Part shown: one piece after another, positions 1 through 12,547 of the stretch
How the letters are laid out: every line of letters starts with the position of its first letter
How positions within the stretch are numbered: the stretch's first letter is position 1
Assembly (NCBI RefSeq): GCF_964194025.1
Contig: NC_134468.1
Location: 42,594,001-42,658,000, forward strand
Origin: Convolutriloba macropyga
Taxonomy: Eukaryota
Direction: 5' to 3'
Length of the DNA: 64,000 nt
The notes under the pieces: model-generated
Told to the model about the DNA's origin: nothing
The model's input: only the letters and a program-made list of their open reading frames with translations
Database searches by the model: none
Program-made: the position numbers and the translations under genes

Positions 1-2210
1 ATACGATTGTCTTTTTGAGAAACATTTGACGAAATAGCAAAACTCGACGTTCGAAAACACTTATAGAAAATTTTTGATTCACTGAAAACTTCAGGCTAGC
101 GAACGCTTGTTTTACCACTTTGAGCAGTCTAGACTTAGTATTCAACAAACGAGAGTAATATTTACATAAAAACCCATCAAAAAATCCATTTTCCGACATA
201 CACCTGTTTTAGGTGACAACTTTTTAAGAACCGACTCAAAAAAAAGACTCCGTTTTTTTACCATCCATATGAATAGGAGGCACTACCGCAAAAAGTATTG
301 GTAACGTTGAACAACTCCTTGTCCCATTAGATCCTATCATATTTTTTAAACATATCAGACTTTTTGAGAAAGATTTGGCGAAACGGCAAAACTTGACTTT
401 ATATACCATTTACGGAAAATTTTTGTAACACATAGAAAATTTCAGCCTCATGAACGCTTGTATTATGAATTTGAGCAGTCTAGACTTAATATTAAAGAAA
501 TCAGAATAATTTTTACAAAAAGAATTTAAAAAATTTGCGATTCCGACATACACTTGTTTTATGTAACGATTTTTTAATCATCAACTTAAAAGTAAATTAT
601 CGGGTTGTTTTACCAATCTAATGGACAAGAGGCACTACCAAAACGAAATGGGTATCATTGAACAACTCCTTCACTTATTAGGTCCTATAATATTTTTGAA
701 ATAGGATTGACTTTTTGAAAAAACATTTGACGAAACCGCAACACTCGACGTTAAATATCACTTAAGTAAAATTTTCCTAATTCATGGCAAATGTGAGTGT
801 ATGAGTGTACTATGAGTGTAATTTTTTACATAAAAAACAATCAAAAAATCTCGTTTCCGACATACACCTGTTTTACGTGACAACTTTAAGCACCGACTCA
901 AAAGAAAATTCTCGGCTTTTTTACCATCCATATGAATAAGAGACACTAATAGAAAAAATATGGGTAACGTTGAACAACTCCTTGACCCATTAGATTATAT
1001 CAAATTTTTTAAAAATGTCAGACTTCTTGAGAAAGATTTGGCGAAACGGCAAAACTTGACGTTATATACCATTTATGGAAAACTCTCTCAATTTATGGAA
1101 AATTTCAGCCTCACGAACGCTTGTATTACAACTGTGAGCAATCTAGACGTAGTATTAAAGAATTGAGATTAATTTTAACAAAAAAACAAGAAAAAAACTC
1201 GCGATTCTGAGATACACCTGTTTTATGTAACAATTTTTTAATCATCGACTCTAAAGAGAATCCTCGGGTTGTTTTACCATTCTAATGGACAGGAGGCACT
1301 ACCAAAAAGAAATTGGTATCATTGAACAACTCCTTCACTTATTAGGTCTTATAATGTTTTTGAAATAGGATTGACCTTTTTGAAAAAACATTTGACGAAA
1401 TCGCAAAAATCGACCTTAAAAATCAGTTATCGAAAATTTTCTTGATTCATGGCAGACTTCAGCCTAACGCGTGCTTGTTTATCAACTTTAGGCAGTGTAG
1501 ACTGCGCATTGAAGAACTGAAAGTAAATTTAAAAAAAAAACAATAAAAAATTTGCGTTTCCGACGTACAACTGTTTTATGTAACAATTTTTTAAGCAATC
1601 CCTCAGAACAAAATTCTCGGGTTTTTTTTATCATCCCTATGGAAAGGGGCACTGCCAAAAGCAGTATGGGTGACATTGAACAACTCCTTGACCCATTAGG
1701 TCCTGTCATATTTTTCAAATACGATTGACTTTTTGAGAAACATTTGACGAAATAGCAAAACTCGACGTTCGATATCACTTATGGAAAAATTTTTGATTCA
1801 CGTGCAATCTTCAGCCTAACGAACGCTTGTTTTACAATTTTGAGCAGTCTACACTTGGTATTCAACAAATGAGAGTAATTTTTACATGAAAACCAATAAA
1901 AAATCTCAATTCCGATATACACATGTTTATTGCAACAATTTTTTAAGCATCAACTCTAAAAATGATTCTCGGGTTGTTTTACTATCCTTATGGATAAGAG
2001 GCAGTACCAAATCAAAATGGGTAAAACTGAACAACTTCTTGACCTATACGGTCCTATTATTTTTTTAAAAAACCATTTACTTTTTGAGAAACATTTGACT
2101 TACTTTTGAGAAACATTTGGATTTACTTTTTTGAGAAACGTTATATAACACTTATGGAAAAGTTTTTCAATTCATGAAAAACTGCAGCCTAACGAACGCT
2201 TGTTTTACAC
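1..2210. repeat. Diverged tandem satellite, ~350-bp unit
   Basis: Motif TTGAACAACTCCTT(G/C)AC recurs at ~308, 658, 970, 1322, 1676, 2028 (spacing mostly ~350 bp) with conserved surrounding blocks; array runs off the left edge. Confidence 0.85.
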
Positions 2211-2219
2211 CTATATGTC

Positions 2220-5200
2220 TTTGGAAAACAAGGTTTCTAGAAATTTGAGAAATCCAAATACAAAGCCGCACAAAATAACGAACAACGCGTAAGTAAAAAA
2301 CAACACATTATTAGTTTTAATTTAAATATCATGCGTAAAAAAACTCAAATTTCACAATCAATCTTTTTAAAATTTCAACGAAGGAGCATCAATAGGAACA
2401 TAATACGGAACAAACAACTCAAAAACGCAATTGGTGCTTGAACATGAAACTGTTTGTACCTAAAAGTGCTCAAAGAATTTAAGAGGCGGCACGAGAATTG
2501 GTTTCTCATCAAGTTTTATGAATTGAAGTTTCTCAAAAATATACTCTTGTCTGGACGTCATTGGTTGCAGCGATTTCGTAATAACTGCAAATTTCAGCAC
2601 AGTATTCAGCTGGTCGGAATTCCGATACAATGTTGAATATCTGAAGTGAAACAAAATCTTCCCCATTATGCGTGAAAAAAAAAAGAATTTGACCGAATCC
2701 TTTGCGGCCGCCAGAAACAAAAGATAAAAAGATGTTTTTGGCCAAGTTGTGCCGCCGCAAATCGAGTTTGAAATATTCAAACTTCTGATTGGAATAAAAA
2801 ATGCTCCAATGTGTTGTAAGTCTGAAGTTGCCTCGTGTAGATAACTTTGGTCCTTCTCGAACTAAAACACAGATCTTGAATGCGGTCTGCTCATGGAACT
2901 TCCTGACAGGGCATTTTGATTCGGGCATTTCTTTCAACGAGAAGCTTCAGATGATTCACAGTCCCCGTGAACTTGCATTTCAAGAGATAATTAGCCGACC
3001 CGAACATCATTGCAGATGTACACCACAGAGGACCAAAACAACCAACTTGCCATGCCAGATGAATTTTTTTCAAGCGCTTTTTGTTCTTAAACACTAGGTA
3101 TAAGACATCAGTCATTGGTTTCGCTGTTTTTTGGTAGAAGATAGGGGGGTACCCGTTTGTGCCTCTGGTCTTAGTGATGTCGAGCTCCGATTGTATTCAA
3201 TTAATTTTTTGCTTTGATATACAGAAGTTTGTTAAAATTAGGTTCATGGAATTCATGACTTCTAAGCTAAAGGAAAGTTTAGGAGTGTAGACAGAATGAA
3301 ATAAGTTGTTTAGTAGGTTTACTTTGTCTTCAATGTTGGATGCTGATCTTCCACCGTTGATTAGAACCTTTGCGAGGTTTGGTGACTTATTAAGACTTTT
3401 GAGATGTTTGAAGCTCATATTGGTGTCTCTGGTACTTATTATTTTCTCTTGATAATTACACTGATCTATTTCTGCGGCCTCTTTCACAACGTTTTGAAAT
3501 TTCCTTATGATGTTTTTGCGATATGACGTTGGTTTGTTCGCTACTAGTTTACGCTGAGTGTTCAACATTTTCATCAAATTGGAAGTACTTGGTGTAATCC
3601 AATGTGATAGAGATTGCCTATGCCTGGTCTTTTTGGGAATCGTTGCTTGTGCTACCTTGTTGAAAAAGTCGTAAATCTCTTTGCACATGTTGTTTATGTT
3701 TGTATAACACACTGGTTTGAAGTAAGCAAGTTTGATAGTTTCGCTTAATTCCAAGTAATCGCTTCTTCCAAAACTTCAAAAAGTACTACAAAGTTAGTTT
3801 CATTTCTGTAGGAGGGCACTTAATTAGGAGACTGATTGCCTTGTGATCTTAGCAGTTAAATGTTTTTGTGAATTCTTCGTCACAAGAGCGGAGTGCATCT
3901 AACAATTTCGATAGAAAGCAACGTCCAGAATGTTGTTTTCGCGGGTATTAAAACCAAAAATTTGAAGAAAAAATTTGATTTCAAAGAGTTTTAGTACTTC
4001 CTGTTCGTCAGTGTCCTCACTTGAGAAGTTGTGCCAGTTTGTGTTTGGAAAGTTAAGATCTCCACAGATTATTGCTGTGCTGTTTTTTGGTAGGGCTGAC
4101 AAAAGTGTTCCAAAGTCCTCCTGTGTGTATCTGTACCCACTTTCTTTCGGGGGATTGTAGAACACAGAAATAAAAAAGCTGAGTTTGTTAATTTCTAGTC
4201 GGCAGGTGAGTGAAAACTCGGGTTGGTCAGTAATAAGTTGTTCAGATGCTAGGCTGTTTCTGATGGCAATCATTGCCCCTCCGTGAGTGTTGTTTTCCGC
4301 ATCTTGTTTTCTGTCTGATCTATATATGGTGTAGTTGTCTAAGAGTAGTTCAATGATGAAATGTTGTCATTTAACCATGTTTCGCAAGCACAAATAATGT
4401 TATAGTCATTGAGCATTACTGCATTAACAAATTTCTATATTCTTTCCAGGCTTGCTAGGCTTTTTGTATTGTTTAGAAGAATATTGATGAAACCTAGTCA
4501 CCATCCTTCATGGTTATCTCCTAAATCTACCTTCTTGCCATCATTGAACGACTCGAGGTTTCGAATTTTCAGTTTATTGCGGGGAACATTTTCCTCAAGT
4601 AGTTCTTTTCGTTTTTTGAGACACAAATATTCTTTAATTGCGTCCTCTTTTGACAAGGCTGGTAAAATGAACACACCTTTCTCAGTTAGGACTGTTCTTT
4701 TTTTCGTGGGATTTCTTTAAAACTAATCTGACATCATGTTCGATTGGAAGCGTCAAAAGTAGTGTCCGTGGTTTTTTTCCTGGTTTTGCTGAATTTACCC
4801 AGTTGTTTCAGCTCCGTTATTTCGTTTGTGACTCCTATTCGGTTTATCATATCGTTCACTTCATTCGTAGTGGGGACAAAATTCTGGGCTTTGAATTTGT
4901 CGGGGTCTTCTGGAACCCCTTATATTCGAATGCTTTTTCTGATATTGTGATCCAAGTCAAGCGGCTCTTTGGAGTGTGCTTTGGATGTAGAACCTGCATT
5001 TCTTGGCTGGATGGCAACAGCCTCCTTATAGCTCTCATCTACTTTTTCCTATGTAGTTTTAATGGCATTATCCATTCTTCTATCAACGACTGCTGTTATT
5101 CTCTCTTCTATTTTCTGCAATTTTTTGTTGATCTACTTCGTTTCTGTTTCAATCTTTTCATTCATCTTGTCAATCGTTTGACATTTTATGAATTTGTCTC

Positions 5201-5560
5201 TTTCATTATTATTCAGACATTTTACACAGAGAAGCATTGCCAGTTGACCCGCTTCTTTGAGACCATTAACTGCAACTTGCGTAAGTCCAGTACAACTTGG
5301 CTGTAAGTGCATCCGAACATTACAGGCGAGGCATATGTATCTTGGCAATGTTTGATTTATCACATTTTTACACGTATTGCAACTTTTTGTCATTGTTAAG
5401 GGGGATAAATAAAGAGAGACTCAAGGAACAGAAGGATAGATAATGCTAGGAGTCTGGACAACTAAATCCAGTCTCTTAACAACAGAAGAAGAGTCGATAC
5501 AAAGATTTGTTCAAAGCCTGCACAATTAAATCCAGTCTTTTCACAAAAACTTACTATAAG
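2220..5560 (-). mobile_element. Degenerate CR1/L2-like non-LTR retrotransposon, copy 1 (PHD-finger ORF1, APE endonuclease, partial RT)
   Basis: ORF1 PHD-like pattern CNTC...CLAC..H...C...CVKC (5133-5393); APE motifs YNPP, IICGDLN, TRENNILD (3899-4273); post-endonuclease region WIT...IK (3197-3754); many frameshifts. Confidence 0.85.
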
Positions 5561-5986
5561 TTATTCAATGTCCTGAGTTTCTTCCAGTTTCTGTCGTTTC
5601 GCGTTTCGTTGTTGCTTGTTCGGCTTCTTTCGTTTCTTTAAATGTCTATTGAGGTCGATACCGTTATTGATAATAGTTTCGAGACTATGAATTTCTAAGG
5701 AATTTTGTTGGTGAAGCTCGTTGTACTCGTTGGTCTGTGAGCTGTCTTTTCGTTTGCTGTTAGATATGGGATCCTTGACTACGTTGACAACCGCTATGTT
5801 CAGAGTTTTCAGCTCTGACTGTATGCCGGGTGCACCCTCTCGCTCGCAATACACAATACCTAATATTTGTTTCAATGCCCGAATTTCCTTCAGCAGATGA
5901 GCAGATGACGGGGGAGTTCGGGGGTCAAAAGGATGATCTGTTTTAGTGTTGTTTATAAAGTCGTGCCACACAATAAATTCTTGTCC

Positions 5987-7140
5987 GTTATATAGAATTT
6001 ATGGAAAATTCTCTCGATTCATGGAAAATTTCAGCCTGTATTACAACTTTGAGCAATCTAGAAATAGTATTAAAGAATTGAGATTAATTCTAACATAAAA
6101 AACAAGAAAAAAATCGCGATTCCGAGATACACTTGATTTATGTAACAATTTTTTCAATTTTTTAATCATCGACTCAAAAGAAAATTCTCGGGTTGTTTTA
6201 CCATTCTAATGGACAGGAGGCACTACCAAAACAAAATGGGTATCATTGAACAACTCCTTGACCTATTAGGTCCTATAATATTTTTGAAACAGGATTGACT
6301 TTTTGAAAAAACATTTGACGAAATCGCAAAACTCGACCTTATAAATCAGTTATCGAAAACTTTCTTGATTCATGACAGACTTCAGCGCTTGCATACGCGC
6401 GCTTGTTTATCAACTTTAGGCAGTGTAGACTGCGCATTGAAGAACTGAAAATAAATTTTACAAAAAAACAATAAAAAAATTCGCGTTTCCGATGTACAAC
6501 TGTTTTATGTAACAATTTTTTAAGCATTCCCTCAGAACAAAATTCTCGCGTTTTTTTACCATTCCTTTGGATAGGGGCACTGCCAAAAGCAGTATGGGAG
6601 ACATTGAACAACTCCTTGACCCATTAGGTCCGGTCAAATTTTTCAAATACGATTGAGTTTTTGAGAAACATTTGACGAAATAGCAAAACTCGACGTTCGA
6701 TGTCACTTATGGAAAATTTTTTGATTCACGTGCAATCTTCAGCCTAATGAACGCCTGTTTTACAGTTTTGAGCAGTCTAGACTTGGTATTCAACAAATGA
6801 GAGTAATTTTTACATGAAAACCAATAAAAAAATCTTGTTTCCGATAAACACCTGTTTATCGCAAAAAATTTTTAAGCAACTCTAAAAATGATTCTCGGGT
6901 TGTTTTACTATCCTTATGGATAAGAGGCAGTACCAAATCAAAATAGGTAAAACTGAACAACTTCTTGACCTATACGGTCCTATTATTTTTTTAAAAAACG
7001 ATTTACTTTTTGAGAAACATTTGACTTACTTTTGAGAAACATTTTGATTTACATTTTTGAGAAACGTTATATAACACTTATGGAAAAGTTTTTCAATTCA
7101 TGAAAAACTGCAGCCTAACGAACGCTTGTTCTACACCTAT
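5987..7140. repeat. ~350-bp satellite, duplicated block
   Basis: Same unit as 1-2210 (core motif at ~6246, 6604, 6953). Confidence 0.85.
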
Positions 7141-7144
7141 ATGG

Positions 7145-10100
7145 AAAACAAGGTTTCTAGAAATTTAAGAAATCCAAATACAAAGCCGCACAAAATAACG
7201 AACAACGCGTAAATAAAAAAAAACACATTATTAGTTATAATTTAAATATCATGGGTAAAAAAAACTCAAATTTCTCACTCAATCTTTTTAAAATTTCAAT
7301 GAACGAGCATCAATAGGAACATCTTACGGAACAAACAACTCAAAAACGCAATTGTTGCTTGAACATGAAACTGTTTGTACCTAATAGTCCTCAAAGAATT
7401 TAAGAGGCGGCACGAGAAATGGTTTCTCATCAAGTTTTATGAGTTGAAGTTTCTCAAAAATATAATCTTGTCTGGACGTCATTGGTTTCAACGATTTCGT
7501 AATAACTGCATATTTCAGCACAGGATTCAGCTGGTCGGAATTCCGATACAATGTTGAATATCTGAAGTGAAACAAAATCTTCCTCATTATGCGTGAAAAA
7601 GAAAGAATTTGACCGAATCCTTTGCGGCCGCCAGAAACAAACGATAAAAAGATGTTTTTGGCCAAGTTGTGCAGCCGTGAATCGAGTTTGAAATATTCAA
7701 ACTTCTGATTGGAATAAAAAATGCTCCAATGTGTTGTAAGTCTGAAGTTGCCTCGTGTAGAAAACTTTGGTCCTTCTCGAACTAAAACACAGATCTTGAA
7801 TGCGGTCTGCTCATGGAACTTCCTGACAGGGCATTTTGATTCGGGCATTTCTTTCAACGAGAAGCTTCAGATGATTCACAGTCCCCGTGAACTTGCATTT
7901 CAAGAGATAATTAGCCGACCCGAACATCATTGCAGATGTACACCACAGAGGACCAAAACAACCAACTTGCCATGCCAGATGAATTTTTTTCAATCGCTTT
8001 TTGTTCTTAAACACTAGGTATAAGACATAAGTCATTGGTTTCGCTGTTTTTTGGTAGAAGATAGAGGGGTACCCGTTTGTGCCTCTGGTCTTAGTGATGT
8101 CGAGCTCCGATTGTATTCAATTAATTTTTTGCTTTGATATACAGAAGTTTTTTAAAATTAGGTTCATGGAATTCATGACTTCTCAGCTAAAGGAAAGTTT
8201 AGGAGTGTAGACAGAATGAAAGAAGTTGTTTAGTAGGTTTACTTTGTCTTCAATGTTGCGTGCTGATCTTCCACCGTTGATTAGAACTTTTGCGAGGTTT
8301 GGTGACTTATTAAGACTTTTGAGATGTTTGAAGCTCATATTGGTGTCTCTGGTACTTATTATTTTCTCTTGATAATTACACTGATCTATTTCTGCGGCCT
8401 CTGTCACAACGTTTTGAAATTTCCTTACGATGTTTTTGCGATATGACGTTGGTTTATTCGCTACTAGTTTACGCTGAGTGTTCAACATTTTCATCAAATT
8501 GGAAGTACTTGGTGTAATCCAATGTGATAGAGATTGCCTATGCCTGGTCTTTTTGGGAATCGTTGCTTGTGCTACTTTGTTGAAAAAGTCGTAAATCTCT
8601 TTGCATATGTTGTTTATGTTTGTATAACACACTGGTTTGAAGTAAGCAATTTTGATAATTTCGCTTAATTCCAAGTAATCGCTCCTTCCAAAACTTCAAA
8701 AATTACTACAAAGTTGGTTTCATTTCTGTATGAGGGCACTCAATTAGGAGACTGATTGCCTTGTGATCTTAGCAGTTAAATGTTTTTGTGAATTATTCGT
8801 CAAGAGCGGAGTGCATCTAACAATTTCGATAGAAGGCAACGTCCAGTATGTTGTTTTCGCGGGTATTAAAACCAACACTTTGAAGAAAAAATTTGATTTC
8901 AAAGAGTTCTAGTACCTCCTGTTCGTCAGTGTCCTCACTTGAGAAGTTGTGCCAGTTTGTGTTCGAAAAGTTAAGATCTCCACAAATTATTGCTGTGCTG
9001 TTTTTTGGTAGGACTGACAAAAGTGTTCCAAAGTTCTCCTGTGTATATCTGTACCCACTTCCTTTCGGGGGATTGTAGAACACAGAAAAAAAAGCTGAGT
9101 TTGTTAATTTCTAGCCTGCAAGTGAGTGAACACTCGGGTTGGTCAGTAATAAGTTGTTCAGATGCTAGGCTGTTTTTGATGGCAATCATTGCCCCTCCGT
9201 GAGTGTTGTTTTCCGCATCTTGTTTTCTGTTTGATCTATATATGGTGTAGTTGTCTAAGAGTAGTTCAGATGATGAAATGTTGTCATTTAACCATGTTTC
9301 GCAAGCACAAATAATGTTATAGTCATCGAGCATTACTGCATTAGCAAATTTCTATCTTCTTTCCAGGCTTCATAGGTTTTTGTCTTGATTAGAAGAATAT
9401 TGATGAAACCTAGTCAACATCCTTCATGGTTATCTCCAAAATCTACTTTCTTGCCATCATTGAACAACTCAAGGTTTCCAATTTTCAGTTTATCGCGGGG
9501 AACATTTTCCTGAAGTAGTTCTTTTCGTTTTTTGAGACTCAAATTTTCTTTAATTGCGTCTTCTTTTGACAAGGCTGGTAAAATGAACACACCTTTCTCA
9601 GTTAGGACTGTTCTTTTTTTCGTGGGATTTCGTTAAAACTAATCTGACATCATGTTCGATTGGAAGCGTCAAAAGTAGTGTCCGTGGTTTTTTTCCTGGT
9701 TTTGCTGAATTTACCCAGTTGTTTCAGCTCCGTTATTTCGTTTGTGACTCCTATTCGGTTTATCATATCGTTCACTTCATTCGTAGTGGGGACAAAATTC
9801 TGGGCTTTGAATTTGTCGGGGTCTTCTGGAACCCCTTATATTCGAATGCTTTTTCTGATATTTTTATCCAAGACAGGCGGCTCTTTGGAGTGTGCTTTGG
9901 ATGTAGAACCTGCATTTCTTGGCTGGACGGCAACAGCCTCCTTATAGCTCTTATCTACTTTTTCGTATGTAGTTTTAATGGCATTATCCGCTCTTGTATC
10001 AACGACTGCTGTTATTCTCTCTTCCATTGTCTGCAATTTTTTGTTGATCTATTTCGTTTCTGTTTCAATCTTTTCATTCATCTTGTCAATCGTTTGACAT

Positions 10101-10477
10101 TTTATGAAGTTGTCTCTTTCATAATTATTCAGACATTTTACACAGAGAAGCATTGCCAGTTGACCCACTTCTTTGAGACCATTAACTGCAACTTGCGTAA
10201 GTCCAGTACAACTTGGCTGTAAGTGCATCTGAACATTATGGGCGAGGCATATGTATCTTGGCGATTTTTGATTTATCACTTTTTTACACGTATTGCAACT
10301 TTTTGTCACTGTTAAGGGGGATAAATAAAGAGAGACTCAAGGAACAGAAAGATAGATAATGCTAGGAGTCTGGACAACTAAATCCAGTCTCTTAACAACA
10401 GAAGAAGAGTCGATACAAAGATTTGTTCAAAGCCTGCACAATTAAATCCAGTCTTTTCACAAAATCTTACTATAAAT
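7145..10477 (-). mobile_element. Degenerate CR1/L2-like LINE, copy 2
   Basis: Paralogous to 2220-5560; APE motifs IICACETWL, YRSNR..GG, YNPP, GDLN, NILD (8817-9333); PHD-like ORF1 at 10049-10309. Confidence 0.85.
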
Positions 10478-11069
10478 TATTCAATGTCCTGAGTTTCTTC
10501 CAATTTCTGTCGTTTCGCGTTTTGTTGTTGCTTGTTCGGCTTCTGTCGTTTCTTTAAGTGTCTATTGAGGTCGATACCGTTATTGATAACAATTTCGAGT
10601 CTATGAATTTGTAAGGAATATTGTTGGTGAAGCTCGTTGTATTCGTTGGTCTGTGAGCTGTCTTTTCATTGACTGTTAGATATGAGATCCTTGACTACGT
10701 TGACAACCGCTATTGTCAGAGTTTTCAGCTCTGACTGTATACCGGGTGCACCCTGTCGCTCGCAATACACAATACTTGCTATTTGTTTCAATGCCCGAAT
10801 TTCCTTCAGCAGTTGAGCAGATGACGGGGGAGTTCGGGGGTCAAAAGGATGATCTGTTTTAGTGTTGTTTATAAAGTCGTGCCACACAATGAATTCTTGT
10901 CCGTAATCGAAATCTTTGATGATGTTCTGTATCGATTTCCTAGGGTTTCTTGTAAGTGGATGTAGACATATATCAGTGTCACTCTAGACGTTTGCTGATA
11001 GTGTCTCTGCTTTTTGTTGTAGTTGAGGGTCTCTTGCTTGTAGAGCGTGGTGTAACGAACTTGCTCCAA
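10478..11069 (-). pseudogene. Broken ORF of unknown function upstream of LINE ORF1 (3' part duplicated at 5561-5986)
   Basis: 136-aa open frame in copy 1, interrupted in copy 2; basic C-terminus (KKRKKPNKQQRNAKRQK); no recognisable domain. Confidence 0.35.
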
Positions 11070-11074
11070 TAATA

Positions 11075-11960
11075 ATATTCAGTTGTGGCTTGCGTCTAAT
11101 AAAATGTAGAGCTTCTTTGATCATAAATTTTTCGCTATCCTGGCACTGATCAATTATCTTATAATTAAAGGCTCTTAATTATAAGTTATCCCACCGGTAT
11201 ATCGGTTTTTTGATGCACACAGATTCTAGTGGCCAAATGTCGACACGTTTGGCAGACATAGGTGGAATTGCGCCCTCAACCAATGAGTTGGTAGACCACA
11301 TGAGACTTCAGAATGCTATCAAAACTACAGTTCAGGGATGGTAGGCAAGTACGATGTTTTCGCGTTGTGGAAATTGTGGTCAATTCGCACGTTTTTTTTC
11401 CAATTTTCGCTTCAATTGCAGGCTGATGTTACCTCGAAGCTGCAGGAAAAAAATGTTTAACATACATTGCTGGCTTTTTTGTTCCCTAACTTGTTCATTC
11501 TCGCTTCCATTTTTCGATTGAGGTTTACTTACGATTTTTTGTAAAGCCTCGTTGATTATCTTGGAAGTACAGCCCTCAGGGTATTTATTTTTTAGCCAAA
11601 TACTTTCATTTTCCTTCAGAGCTTTGTCAAAATTTCGCCATGGGCTAGTGCTTCTAAAAACGCGGTGAACAGTCCCCTATAAAGTATTCGTCTTTTGTTG
11701 GATTGGTGCACAGCTACGGAATTTCAAGACAACTCCCGTATCGGTTGGTTTCTTGTACCACTCGCAATTAATTTCGGTACAGCTATTTACATTGATGTTC
11801 ATGTCTAAAAAGGCTAAATTACCATATTCGTCAGCTTCTTCCATTGTGATTTCGAATTTCCTATGAAGGGTGTTTACTTTCCTGAGCAAGGTGTCCGGTT
11901 CACCATTTACCGTGCAAATTTTATCCTCTACATATCTTTCAAATAATTGTCTTGGAGTCT
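11075..11960 (-). mobile_element. Penelope-like retroelement relic (RT C-terminus + GIY-YIG endonuclease)
   Basis: LAFLDMNI..WYKKPTDTG..L.F.S.AP...K (11677-11889); manual translation gives SHVVYQL...STYVCQTCRHL (~11230-11305) and EALHFIRRKPQLN (~11080-11120). Confidence 0.85.
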
Positions 11961-12547
11961 CCGGTTCACTATCTAATTTGTTAATATAACCCTGCTGATG
12001 GGTAATCGTTTCACTATCGACCTGTTTGTATAGCTAAAAAGAGTTAAAAGTCGATATACAATTGTTAAATTACTCGAACGTTTTCGCAATAACTTGCATC
12101 GTCAGGAGTTTAAAACTTGTTAAGTAAATATTTACAAATATGCATATATATAGCAACTTGTCTCGATTATCTATTTACATTTTCGAATGTTTCTGCAATT
12201 CCTACAGGTTTCAACCTTAAATTTTGTTAAGATGTTAAGAAAACTTTGAAACTTTTAATATGAGTCTTTTTAATATGAGTCTTTCGTCATTAGTTTTTTG
12301 TTTTCTGATGCTGTCTGTTGTTTTAGTTTCTCAGCTGATGTTTCTCTCAGTGGGTCATAATGAAAGGCATTGAGCATTGTAATGTCGTGAACAATATCGG
12401 GATCTTGATAACAAATGATGATAATAAAGCGCTTGCTAGGTGCAAATATGCACCCACAAAGCTGGTTTAGAATGGGACACAGACGTAAAAGATCCCAATT
12501 TTGATTGAATTTTTTTGGAACATCAATCTACTTTCAGAGTGCATTAA

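Larger units (their letters stand above)
1061..10903. repeat. ~4.92-kb tandem segmental duplication (copy 1 ~1061-5986, copy 2 ~5987-10903) of satellite + LINE
   Basis: Constant ~4920 offset between paired ORFs (2801/7721, 3754/8674, 5393/10309, 5971/10887); junction at ~5987 where LINE-side sequence jumps back into satellite matching ~1061. Confidence 0.92.
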
